Shown piece after piece: positions 39,929 to 51,240 of a DNA stretch of 64,000 bases. A model generated the notes under the pieces. The model was not told where the DNA came from. It saw only the letters and a program-made list of their open reading frames with translations, and did not search any database. The stretch's first letter is position 1. Each line of letters opens with the position of its first letter. Both the position numbers and the translations under genes were made by a program. Origin of the DNA: Octopus sinensis (lineage: Eukaryota); NCBI RefSeq assembly GCF_006345805.1, contig NC_043026.1, positions 558,001-622,000 on the forward strand, in the 5' to 3' direction.

Positions 39929-40525
39929 CCCTTTAGCATTTAAACTGGCCAGAGGCCATCCAGCTGTAAAAACCATGCCAAAATTGACCTCATCTGTGTT
40001 TGTGCCGTGTAAAAAGCACTCCGTCCACTCTTAGGAAACTGTGTCAAAACAGACACAGACACTTCTGCTTGGCCAGCTCCTGTCAAACCATCCAACCCAT
40101 GCCAGTATGAAAGGTGGATGCTAAATGATGATGCTGATGTCTAGTCCAAATGTTTTACTTGTTTTATGTTCAAACCAGCCAGATTCAGGCTCTCACACCT
40201 TCCCTGAGCTGTTATTCTAAAAATAAACAGTTGCTATATTTATATCGAAGTGATTTTACTACTACTATTAATTTTTTTACTACAATCATTTCTTAAATAT
40301 AGCCACGAAACATGTGTCGTTATTCTACCAATTATATGCTTTTTTTTTTGCAATTTACTTAATCATCGGTATATTATTGTTATTTTGATTTTAATACTTC
40401 TATTATATGTAATTTTCTAGATGGTGTAATTTGAAATATTGAAGCTACGAGATAGTGTGTGATTAATTCAAGACAATGTGAATAAAGAAAGCATCAAATT
40501 TGACGATTAATCTAAATACTCAGGG
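39929..40525 (-). mobile_element. Second copy of the piggyBac MITE, inverted, with nested RTE-tail and hammerhead-bearing insertions
   Basis: Ends ccctttagcatttaaactggcc and cagggtttaa; RTE tail at 39955-40138; HHR fragment at 40230-40325. Confidence 0.7.
40230..40325 (+). ncRNA. Type I hammerhead-like motif, 3' part
   Basis: GCTATATTT...AAATATAGCCAC GAAAC ATGT GTC GTTA; about 80 bp near-identical to 36170-36248. Confidence 0.55.
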
Positions 40526-41209
40526 TTTAATCAAATTTTTGCTCAACTAGAGCTGTCTCAGGGCTAAACAGTGTCAAATTATATTTCAGTTGAGAAAATA
40601 TTGTCATTGTCCATTATTCTGTTGTTTAATCTAAATATTGTTACACAATGTGAAGGTTTAGTTGTTGTTTGCAAATATGTAAGTTTCACACAAGATTCTG
40701 TGATGTAAATTATAATAAATTAAAAAGTTCAGTTGTTCAGGTAAATGTATATTTCTAAAGTTTATATCTATAGAAAATTTATAAATTTTCCACTGTTGAA
40801 TCTCTTCTTTTATGTAGCATCTTTATCTTCCACTGATATTTCTTTGTTATTTCAGAATATGGAATGACATTGGCATAACTGAAGATCCATTCACAATATT
40901 TATCATCTTTTAAAGACTAAAGGAAAATGTTATACAGAGGAAATATATAAGACTCTCTCTAAATCTATGGTAAAATTCCTATAAAATATTTGCTCTGACC
41001 TGAGATTATTAGCAATATTTCTGAACATCTCTTACTGGAGTTTTTGAAGATGAGTTTGTAGGCAAATTAATCTTCAAAAAGCCTTAACAAAAAAGAGTTC
41101 TGAGAGAAAGGTAACAGTGGACAGAAATACAGCAGTGGAAGTATTTGTAAGAGTAAACTATAAGAACAAAAGCAGGAAAAATATATATGGTGGTTTGAGA
41201 AGGGAAATA

Positions 41210-42199
41210 ATGGAAAAGAATGAGAAACTTGAGGAATTTATTTTACCAGAGAACATGATTAAAAAGAGAAAAAAATTATATGACTGTGACGTCTGTAATA
41301 AGACCTTCTCTCAGAAAAGAAATCTTACTATGCACAAATATATTCATACAGGAGAGAAGCCATATCACTGTGATATCTGTGGTATATCTTTTACTTCCAG
41401 TGGTAACCTAACTAGACACAAACGTACTCATACAGGAGAGATGCCGTATTGCTGTAATATCTGTGGTAAATCCTTTTCTCAAAACAGTAATCTATATGCT
41501 CACAAACGTATTCATACAGGAGAGATGCCCTACCATTGTGACATCTGTAATAAGTCCTTTTGTCAAAAAAGTAATCTATATACTCACAAACGTACTCATA
41601 CAGGGGAGAAGCCATATTACTGTGATATCTGTGGTAAATCATTCTCTCAAAGTTGTAAAATAACTCCACACAAACGAATTCATACAGGAGAGAAACCATA
41701 TCGTGTTCAAACCAAAGAGAAGCCCTATCATGTTCATACCAAAGAAAAGCCCTATCATTGTGATGTCTGTGGTAAATCATTTTCTCAGAGTAGTCAGTTA
41801 ACAATACATATACGTATCCATACAGGAGAGAAGCCATATCAGTGTGATATCTGTGGTAAATCATTCTCGCAAAATAGTACCTTAATTTCACACAGATGTA
41901 TTCATACAAAGGAGACGCCATATCACTGCGATATCTGTGGTAAATCATTCACTAAACGTAGTGCTTTAACTCCACACAAACGTATTCATACAGGAGAGAA
42001 ACCATATAACTGTGATATCTGTGGCAAATCATTCTCTCAGAATGGAAACTTAGCTCAACACAAACTTTTTCATACAGGAGAAAAACCCTTTCACTGTGGC
42101 ATTTGTGGTAAATCATTCTCTCAAAATAGCAGCTTAACGAAACACAAACGTATTCATACAGGGGAGGAACCACATTTCTATGATATGTTAACCTCTTAA
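41210..42199 (+). CDS. C2H2 zinc-finger protein, 10 tandem fingers, 329 aa from the first in-frame ATG (frame open from 41054)
   Basis: Ten CxxCx12HxxxH units with TGEKPY-type linkers and no internal stop; acceptor at 40855 upstream; no KRAB or SCAN domain recognisable. Confidence 0.93.
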   Translation: MEKNEKLEEFILPENMIKKRKKLYDCDVCNKTFSQKRNLTMHKYIHTGEKPYHCDICGISFTSSGNLTRHKRTHTGEMPYCCNICGKSFSQNSNLYAHKRIHTGEMPYHCDICNKSFCQKSNLYTHKRTHTGEKPYYCDICGKSFSQSCKITPHKRIHTGEKPYRVQTKEKPYHVHTKEKPYHCDVCGKSFSQSSQLTIHIRIHTGEKPYQCDICGKSFSQNSTLISHRCIHTKETPYHCDICGKSFTKRSALTPHKRIHTGEKPYNCDICGKSFSQNGNLAQHKLFHTGEKPFHCGICGKSFSQNSSLTKHKRIHTGEEPHFYDMLTS

Positions 42200-42963
42200 C
42201 ATACACATTTAAAAAAAAATTCCATGTAAAAAATATATATTTTTTATTATTTATTTTGAATCTGTGTATAATGAAGAATAAGTACACAAATTATTTTGGG
42301 TCAATTATGATTTATTATGAAGTTAATGATAGTAAATGGGAATAACATCACAAACGAATTATTTCAGGTTAGAAATAAGTGGCATATACCTCAGAGTACA
42401 GTGAATGTATATTTTTGTTCAAATATATATTTACCAGACATCTCTGGATGAAAATATATGGGTCAGTATGTTAAGGGGTTAAATCATTCATTGAAAGGAG
42501 TAAATTATCTGCACACAAATCTGTTCATACAGAAACAAAAGAAAAAAAAGAAAAGTAGTTTGTGTTTTCTGTTTTTTAACTTCTTTTTCCTTTTGGATAT
42601 TCCTGTGTTTTATGTAATGGAGATTCTGTCAATGAAAATAATGTATTTCCAAAAATTCCCTTTTTTTCTTTTTTATTTTGTCTTTTATCTCCTTTCAGCC
42701 AGTCCCCTCACTTCCATATCCTTTTCCTTTCTCATGGTGTAGCGACTGAAACTCCTTTTGCAGGAAAGCCTACACACGATTCTTTGTTGAATATCATTTC
42801 CCCAATTTACTGTATATTTATTCTTTATCAACTTTTAAATGCTTCAAACATTAAAAATATGTTAACAAGGCAGCAAGCTGGCAGAATCATTAGCACGCCG
42901 GGCAAAATGCTTAGTGGTATTTCGTCTGTCTTTAAGTTTGAGTTCAAATTGTTGAGTTTGAAC

Positions 42964-43119
42964 GAGATGGCTGTGTGGTAAGTAGCTTGTTTACCAACCA
43001 CATGGTTCCGGGTTCAGTCCCACTGCGTGGCACCTTGGGCAAGTGTCCTTTACTATGGCCTCTGGCTGACCAAAGCCTTGTGAGTGGATTCGGTAGACGG
43101 AAACTGAAAGAAGCCTGTC

Positions 43120-43155
<36 letters not shown>

Positions 43156-43359
43156 CTGTGTTTGTCCCCCTAGCACTGCTTGACAACCGATGTTGGTGTG
43201 TTTACGTCCCCGTCACTTAGCGGTTCGGCAAAAGAGACCGATAGAATAAGTACTGGGCTTACAAAGAATAAGTCCTGGGGTCGATTTGCTCGACTAAAGG
43301 CGGTGCTCCATCATGGCCGCAGTCAAATGACTGAAACAAGTAAAAGAGAGTAAAAGAGT
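42964..43359 (+). mobile_element. Full-length tRNA-SINE family A
   Basis: Head tggctgtgtggtaagtagc through tail gtaaaagagagtaaaagagta. Confidence 0.92.
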
Positions 43360-45024
43360 ATGTGACTGCTATATCCAACATTGTGTCTACATGCAAACCA
43401 TCTCATGCAGTTCTTCATAATTTTATTTATTCAGGGGAGAACACTCTTTGTGTCCTCGTTTCATTCACCTCCCTTTATAAGTGTAACCTGGGCGAATTTT
43501 GCTAGTTTTGTCTCTTCAAACGTTATCCATTTATGTTTTGCCAAGCTGCACCACCACCACCACCACCGTCGACGTCGTCAGTGTTTTCCTCATCATCTGT
43601 TGGTTACAGTTCGAACTTGCGTTGGGTACACTGACCGATGTACCAAATATCCTGTTCAGTCATGGGAAACAACTTCAGGCACGGAGAAAACAGTTATGAA
43701 AGTCCCACTTCTTCTGTTCATGTTATTGTAATTAATTGTAAAGATTAAGAGTGGTTGGCGTTAGGAAGGGAATCCAGCCGTAGAAACATTGCCAGATCAG
43801 ACTGGGCCTGGTGCAGCCTTCTGGCTTCCCAGACCCAGACCCAGTTGAACCATCCAACCCATGCCAGCATGGAAAGCGGGCATTAAACGATGATGATGAT
43901 GGCAAGATAGCAGAATCATTAGCGTGTCGAACAAACTGCTAATAATCTTTTGGCTCTTACCGAGTTCAAATTCCGCTGAGAAGAACTTTGCTTTTTACTG
44001 GGCCAATATAATCAACTCGCCCCTCCCTTCAAAATCAATGGCTTTGGGCCAAAATTGAAAGTATCATTGCAATTAACTGTACTTTCGGTATCGAGTACGT
44101 ATTCCCTATTGCTTGTATAAACAGGGCTATCATCATCATCATCGTTTAGCGTCCGCTTTCCATGCTAGCACGGGTTGGACGGTTCGACCAGGGATCTGGG
44201 AAGCCAGAAGGCTGCACCAGGCTCCAGTCTGATCTGGCAGTGTTTCTACAGCAGGATGCCCTTCCTAACGCCAACCACTCCGTGAGTGTAGTGGGTGCTT
44301 TTTACGTGCCACCTGCACAGGTGCCAGACGGGGCTGGCAACAGCCGCGTATGTGCATAAATGTATTTACGTACGGATGACAAGGGAGTTTTTGTTATCTT
44401 TGATCTCGTCCCAGCGTATTATTTGTAGATGATACTCAGGAAGGTGCCTGGTGGTTGTTACAGGACCACTTGCTAACAATCGTGTTTTAGCTTTCCTCAA
44501 AAATATGTAAAGGGTAACATCACTGACCTTTAGTGTTGTACATAATAGAGAGACGATGTGTGTGCCTTTCACATCTTTGTATACTTATCTCCTGCATTCT
44601 TATGATCTTTGACAGCTTTCATCTTCTCATCATTTATCTTTTATTTGTTTTAGTCATTGGACTGTGGCCATGCTGGAGCACCAGCTTGGAAACATGGTAC
44701 ATCGGCTTGTTTGTTTACTATATTTAAAATTTTTTGCTTTCTGGAACTTTTTCCTTTATAATAAAGAAAGTAATGAATACATATTAAAACGTAGAGTTTG
44801 GCTGTGTGGTAAGTAGCTCACGTACGAACCACATGGTTCAGGGTTCAGTCCCACTGCGTGGCAACTATGGCAAGTGTCTTCTACTATAACCTCAGGCCGA
44901 CCAAAGCCTTGTGAGTGGATTTGGTAGATGGAAACTGAAAGAAGCCTGTCGTATGTATGTATATAACAACGAAATAGAACTAAAAACAAGTGTGTATATA
45001 AATATTTTTTATTTAATAGCCAGA

Positions 45025-45075
45025 AGTTACAATGTGACTCAGTGTTTCGTGCATTGACACTTATCAAACTTACCA
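45025..45075 (-). ncRNA. Hammerhead-like motif with a U3-A8 core variant
   Basis: GGTAAGT TTGATAA GTGT-CAAT-GCAC GAAAC ACTGA GTC ACATTGT; same motif at about 60360-60408. Confidence 0.5.
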
Positions 45076-45343
45076 AACGGGTTTCAAATTGTGTGAGTGG
45101 ATGAGGTGTTTACATTTACAGGGAGACCAACTAAAATGATGAATTTCATCATCACCGGGTTGTTCTAGAAGTAATTAGAAACAAAAACCTTAATAGTCAC
45201 GTGTATCATATTGTTTTCAAATGTGTTTGCCTGTTGAGCAGATCAATAAATGAATAAATAAATAAAGTAAAATCAATTATGCAAAGAGAAAGTTAAGGCG
45301 TATATGAATATATAGACACATACATAAGCAGGATTATCATATT

Positions 45344-46437
45344 GAAGGTGTCCCAGGATCGAGCAAATTGATTTTAAAAATCACAAAAATTCATGTTTCT
45401 TACTTAATAATGGTGTTAAAACATGTAGATTTATATATCTTATGGCAAATATCAAATATCTCCTGCAATGCTCTCTGAATGTATCCTTTAAATTCAGCCA
45501 AACTACTGCTCCATCCAGAAGGTGGAGGTTGAGAGAGTGAGTGAGCAAAATTGGGGAGAAAAACTTGTGGACAGATAAGCAAGAGCCAATAGGAATGAAA
45601 ATAAATTATTAAGAAGTAAAAAAAAAATAGGCGTCGGAGGGGCGATGCATATCCTGCGCCCAGATAATTTTTTTCGCAAATTATATTGTGGATTACAATG
45701 CGTTGATTACCCATGCTTTTTAATTAAACTCAACATTTTTTTCCTAGTATCTCAATCATAGGTATTTATTCTCAGGTGTAATTAAGAAATCAACTCGTAA
45801 ATAAATGAAATCTTTGAATCCATCACTGTACACGTACATACATACCCGCACACCCACATGTATGTATTTATGTATGTATGTACACACACGTGTCTCGCGC
45901 ATAGGTACTCCGTGTAGTCGAGGGTCGATTCATATGTAAAAGAAAGTGAACAAAATGAAATACTTAAAGAAAATATTGCATAGAATTTGAGAGTTTTTTT
46001 CACCATTATAGGTATTTATACTCCAGTGAAATTAAGAAATCAACTCTAAATAAACGAATCCCTCGAATCCATAACTGTACACACACACACAGTAGCATAT
46101 CTATGTATGTATTTATGTATATTTTGAAGATAATGAATCCAAATTTTCATCATTTCGAGCCACTCATCCAATGAGTATTTCTGCCACATTTGGCGAAAGT
46201 CCGTTCAGTCGTTTTCCAGTTATTTTGCTAACACACAGACGAACAGACCAGTGATTACAATACCATGCTTTCACTTGCGCACGCAGGGTAACAATTATAA
46301 AGATTATAAAATTATAGGCAAAATTAAAAATTTATATATTTTAACAGGTATTAAAATGTTTTGTTTATCAACATAAATAAAAATGAGTTTCTAAAAAGAT
46401 GTCCGATTTCACCGAAATAGATAATTCTGGGACACTG
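45344..46437 (-). mobile_element. Tc1/mariner deletion derivative with a nested insertion
   Basis: TIR remnants gaaggtgtcccag / ctgggacactg|ta; transposase-tail-like PPPSGWSSSLAEFKGYIQRALQEI; paralogous to 60679-61203. Confidence 0.65.
45690..46295 (-). mobile_element. Helentron/DINE-1-like non-autonomous element (tentative)
   Basis: 5' ttaccctgc..gcatggta hairpin followed by tctgttcgtctgtgtgttagc; subterminal repeat gcatgggtaa; internal tandem duplication; absent from the paralogous block. Confidence 0.45.
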
Positions 46438-46704
46438 TACGTGCGCGTGCACTCACACACAATATGCATACATACAGATGCACATATACATACGCAAACA
46501 CAATGATGCAGACGTAGTTGTGTGGTTAAGAAGCTTGCTTTGCAACCATGTGCTTTCGGGTTCAATCCTACTGTGCAGCACCCTGGACAAGAGTTTTCTA
46601 CTTATAGTCCCGGGTTTTATCATAAAAGTAATTATTTGCGAGTGAATTTGGTTGACAGAAGCCGTGTGGTCACGTCGTCTAAAACAGATCTTTTGATTGG
46701 TTAG

Positions 46705-46754
46705 TTAAGGTTTTAGGCGGATGAAGATGGCCATGGAATCAGCTGTTTCAAAAC
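46705..46754 (-). CDS. Secreted PAN-domain protein, coding exon 5 (last): GFETADSMAIFIRLKP*
   Basis: Acceptor ttattttgcAG, phase 1 matching exon 4, in-frame TAA. Confidence 0.9.
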
Positions 46755-46872
46755 CTGCAAAATAATAAAAGTAACGACAATAACAACAGCAACAACACTA
46801 ACAACAGCAACAACACTAACAGCAAGATTAACAAGACGAATATCAGTAATAGCAAATGCAACTTTGGGAATT

Positions 46873-47010
46873 TCTCCCAGAACTACGTTAACAGTACACG
46901 TATCTGTGGAGTACTCAGCCACTTGCATGTTAATTTCACGAGCAGACTGTTCCATTGTTCGGATCAACTGGAACGCTCCTCGTCGTGACCGACGGAGTAT
47001 CATCAGACAG
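46873..47010 (-). mobile_element. LINE 3'-end fragment (separate family) at the duplication breakpoint
   Basis: ccgtcggtcacgacgaggagcgttccagttgatccg...gagtactccacagatacgtgtactgttaacgtagttctggg; recognised from memory as a common octopus repeat. Confidence 0.5.
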
Positions 47011-47319
47011 GATTACAACCACCTAGTTCCGGGTTATACACACACATATACAGATAGATAGATGTATATATCTATGTGCGTATGTCTTAGTTTTTTTCCC
47101 ACCCCCACCGCTTTATAACCGGTGCTTGTGTGTTTACGTCACAATAAATTAACATTTCGGCAAAAGTGAGCGATAGCATAAGTACAAGCCTTTGAGAAAC
47201 CCGTCGATTTGTCCCCTTAAAACACATCATGGTGGTGCCCCTGCATAGCCGCGGCCAAATAACTGAAACAAGTAAAAGATAAAAGATATTTACACTGCAC
47301 TTCGATTAGTTAAGACCTA

Positions 47320-47760
47320 TGTTCATCATATTATGTGGAGAAAATCCCTAGAGAAGGACATCATGCTCGGAATGGTCAGTGGCAAGAGAGGAAGAGGCCG
47401 ACCAAGAACCCGCTGGCTTGACACCATCAAGAGTGATACCGGAATGGTCATAGCCAATCTGAAAGAAGCGGCCCAGGATAGAACTGACTGGAGGACACTG
47501 ATCCATTGAGTAACCGAGAATCGACTTCGACTGAGCGGATAGATAGATACATATATATATATGTGCTCGGAATGGTCAGTGGCAAGAGAGGAAGAGGCCG
47601 ACCAAGAACCCGCTGGCTTGACACCATCAAGAGTGATACTGGAATGGACATAGCCAATCTGAAAGAAGTGGCCCAGGATAGAACTGACTGGAGGACACTG
47701 ATCCAACGAGTGACCGGGAGTCGACTTCGACTGAGTGGATAGATAGATAGCTAGATAGAT
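47320..47760 (+). mobile_element. BovB-like RTE 3' end, tandemly duplicated, (GATA)n tails
   Basis: LEKDIMLGMVSGKRGRGRPRTRWLDTIKSD...DRTDWRTLI.RV...RLRLSG* occurs twice. Confidence 0.88.
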
Positions 47761-48225
47761 AGATGTTCATCAGTTGTCTTATTCTTACTTGTGTTAGTTT
47801 TTGTCGCTTCTCATATACGAAGAAGAAAATCTAGGAGGATCAGTCAATTATGATTTTATTCAACACATCCCTCTCTCAGACTCACGAACCAATGGCAGCA
47901 GTCCTTCACTTCTTCTAAGCCCTGTAAAAGAACTCGGAAGCTTTGATCTCTAGCCAGGTTTTTTGCGATGCCTTTACAGCTTGAAACATTTCAGCACCAC
48001 CCCGGCTCGTACGAAATTTTCCATACCTACTCATGTTTAATATTGTACCACATGAGTATTTTTTTGTGAAGTACTGTGAGACATAGGCTTTACTGTGAAG
48101 GTATCATAACAACGAAACATGTCTTGAGTTGCTTCCCATGTTTGCCATGCCATTATATTTGGACTTTTAGTACTTACTGCATTAACGGGGGGGGGGGGAG
48201 TTAAAACTGATGGTGAAATACTTAC

Positions 48226-48386
48226 CGTCATACCATGTGACTTTCGTACTTCTATTTGAGTAAATTAATAAAGGATAATGTGGAAATATTTCCCATGTGC
48301 AATAATACTTTTGAAGAACAGCCAACCAGCCGGTGTCTCCCTCACAACCTCCATGGTAAGCTGATATATAGAAATTACGTCTGTTA
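48226..48386 (-). CDS. Secreted PAN-domain protein, coding exon 4: NRRNFYISAYHGGCEGDTGWLAVLQKYYCTWEIFPHYPLLIYSNRSTKVTWYD
   Basis: ttcctttacAG acceptor, G|GTAAGT donor, 161 nt, phase 2 to 1, open frame. Confidence 0.92.
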
Positions 48387-48476
48387 CTGTAAAGGAAGAA
48401 AACAAAAGAAGTTGTTGTGGTTTTGGTTTTGCTGTTGTTGTCGTTGTCAGATCTTGTAATTTAAAAGTTTGTCTGT

Positions 48477-48648
48477 GGCGCAGGAGTGGCTGTGTGGTAA
48501 GTAGCTTGTTTACCAACCACATAGTTCCGGGTTCAGTCCCACTGCGTGGCACCTTGGGCAAGTGTCTTCTGCTATCGCCTCGGGCTGACCAAAGCCTTGT
48601 GAGTGGATTTGGTAGACGGAAACTGAAAAGAAACCCGTTGTATATATG

Positions 48649-48692
<44 letters not shown>

Positions 48693-48897
48693 TCTGTGTT
48701 TGATCCCCTAGCATTGCTTGACAACCGATGCTGGTGTGTTTATGTCCCCGTTACTTAGCGGTTCGGCAAAAGAGACCGATAGAATAAGTACTGGGCTTAC
48801 AAAAAGAATAAGTCCCGGGGTCGAGTTGCTCGATTAAAGGCGTTGCTCCAGCATGGCTGCAGTCAAATGACTGAAACAAGTAAAAGAGTAAAGAGTA
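48477..48897 (+). mobile_element. Full-length tRNA-SINE family A
   Basis: ggcgcaggagtggctgtgtgg ... gtaaaagagtaaagagta. Confidence 0.92.
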
Positions 48898-49518
48898 ACT
48901 ACGTAATTGTGAAGTTTCCAAGTTCGAACCGACACTGCTCGCTGATACATTAGACAGATAGGCAGATAAACACTGTACAGATAAGAAGAAGCAGAAGAGG
49001 AAAGAGAATCATACAAATGTTGTCAGACATGTTCATAAGTAAATGGATCTCGGTCTGTTTCGAAGATGACTGAGTATTCACTTGCTTGATTCCTGTGAAA
49101 TTACTGCCCAACGAATTAGTAGCATGCAATTGAAACCACAAATTTATAATCACCAGCTGGACATCCTGACCACTAGAACTAGCGATTTCATTGCTGGACA
49201 CATTTGTGTATGTATGTATATGAATACGTATGTGTGTGTGCTTGTGTGCGCTTAGTTGTTGGTAGTTTATTCGCGAACGAAATTCGATGAATTCGTTGAC
49301 ATACTATAATATAATACAAGGAAGTTAAACCTCAGACTTTGCAGGTAGACATTAATTAATAAAATTAATTCCGCCATTAAACTGGTAATATTTATTGCAA
49401 CGATAGAAATATAGGCGAAGTGTATGTAGTTGATTATATAGACACTGTACTTCACGGGTACTTTATTTATAGACCCCAGCAGGATAACAAAAAATAAACA
49501 GTGATAAAAATTACTTAC

Positions 49519-49682
49519 AACGCTCCTCTAATTGAGAAGTAATTGTGAGAGTGGTCAAATAGATCGGACCAAGGAGAACTTATCAACTTTTCAGGAGAGA
49601 ACCAGCTTTCAAGGGTTGTATTTCGTCCATCAAACACCATATCAACTACAGCTGTTTGGTTTTTATAAATCACTAGTTTCAC
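49519..49682 (-). CDS. Secreted PAN-domain protein, coding exon 3: VKLVIYKNQTAVVDMVFDGRNTTLESWFSPEKLISSPWSDLFDHSHNYFSIRGA
   Basis: ttttctttAG acceptor, GTAAGT donor, 164 nt, phase 0 to 2. Confidence 0.92.
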
Positions 49683-49699
49683 CTAAAGAAAAGCTTGAA

Positions 49700-50285
49700 T
49701 TATTATTATTATTATTATTGAGTGAGAGAGTAGTGCATGCCATCAAAGTGACACTGGAGTAAAATATACAAAGCCCAGTATACCCATCATGACTACCCGT
49801 CTGATAAGGGTACACCAGGCACATGCATCACAACCATGTGTGTGCAACATGGTGATCTCATATCAAAACAAACAGCACATGACCTTGCAGGTGGGGCCCA
49901 GTTAGAATTTTCTTCAGGTCGAGTAGCCCATCCCACTCAAAAGGTCCCTGAATAAGGGTTGTTTAAGGATGTTGAACAAAACACCCATGTTTCCAAAGGT
50001 GAATTATTCAAGCCCCAAAGAATCCCTCTCAACACATGGCTATGATGCTCCCCCACTACTTCTGCTCGTGATCAGAGATGCACATATCATCAGCCACCAA
50101 GGGACATGCTCAACTGGTTAAGGTCAAACAACTGACAAGCATATCTGTGGTATTGAGCAGAATATTTACTGTAGCCCATCTTTTATACCAAGACAAAACA
50201 ATGTACATGATAACACTTCCAATCAGTTAAGATGAGAAGCCATGAGAGCCACTGCCTTGTACTGCATCAGGGCATTTATTATTAT
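49700..50285 (-). mobile_element. ~550-bp non-coding retroelement inserted in (TAA)n
   Basis: Flanked by (TTA)n on both sides; inverted, roughly 90% identical copy at 52168-52650. Confidence 0.8.
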
Positions 50286-50339
50286 TATTATTATTATTAT
50301 TATGGATGCCTTCGAAAAGCAGTCAAACAAAAGTATTCA

Positions 50340-51240
50340 ATCAAATTTTCTCTGTAGATTATTGAGGTTTCTGTTACAAAGTAACACACTGAAGTTTAAA
50401 CAAAAGATTTTACCACCAGACAAAGGGTTGCGCCCTGGGTACCCCCATGGTAGCTAATTTCGCTAACATCTTCATGACGAAATTCGCAACGCGGTTACTG
50501 ATGACATTCAAATCTCTTCATGGTCATGAACCAATACTCTGGTTACGGTTCATTGTTGACATGTTTTTTTGTCTGGGAAGGATCACAGGATAGCTTAATG
50601 GACTTCTTGAATCTCTGTGACTGTTATGCTAAAAACTATGGCTTTCAACCCAACATAAAATTTACGTCTAGTTTTCCAAAAACTAGCATTGAATCTTTGG
50701 ACACAAATGTGAAGTTTTCTGGAGGCAGAATTGTGAGTTATTTTGCAAACTCATGTCGTCCCACATTTATTTCCACTGCCGCCCCAATCTTCCACATCAT
50801 ATTATTCAGTCAAATCCAAAATCCCAACTTTCGAGGATAAAACAGATTTGTACTGACATAGGGGATTACTGGAAATATGCAAATGCTTTTGTACATCATT
50901 ATTTTAGACGTGGTTACAGTGAATCACGATTGAAGGAAATAGCAAATGAAATAGCTAAGATTAGCAAACATAGTCAAACCTTCACGCATAAGTTTAGCAA
51001 ACACAATATAATAGATAACAGAATTCTTTTAGTGATTATCTGGCGCCAAAATTTCGCTGGCATTTCAAAAGTGTTGCATAAAAGTTACCAGCATGTGGCG
51101 ATAAAATATCCTCGTTTCAAACAGATATTTCCGCAGCCTCCTATTGTAGCCTTTGGACGGAATAAGAATATAAGAGAAATATTGACCTCTATTTTTGACT
51201 CCAAGATAGTGAACATTGGAGTATCTGCACGCTGAACATT
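50340..51240 (+). mobile_element. Penelope-like reverse transcriptase fragment
   Basis: FYHQTKGCALGTPMVANFANIFM, LWLRFIVDMFFVW, IKFT..F.K..IESLD, YFRRGY and PPIVAFGRNKNIREIL. Confidence 0.88.

Noticed and set aside
41412-42287. Minus-strand ORFs MIYHRY... repeats
   Set aside because: Antisense shadow of the zinc-finger array.
43380-43720. Non-repetitive island with TDDEENTDDVDGGGGGG on the minus strand
   Set aside because: In-frame stops on both sides and no consistent splice pair or homology.
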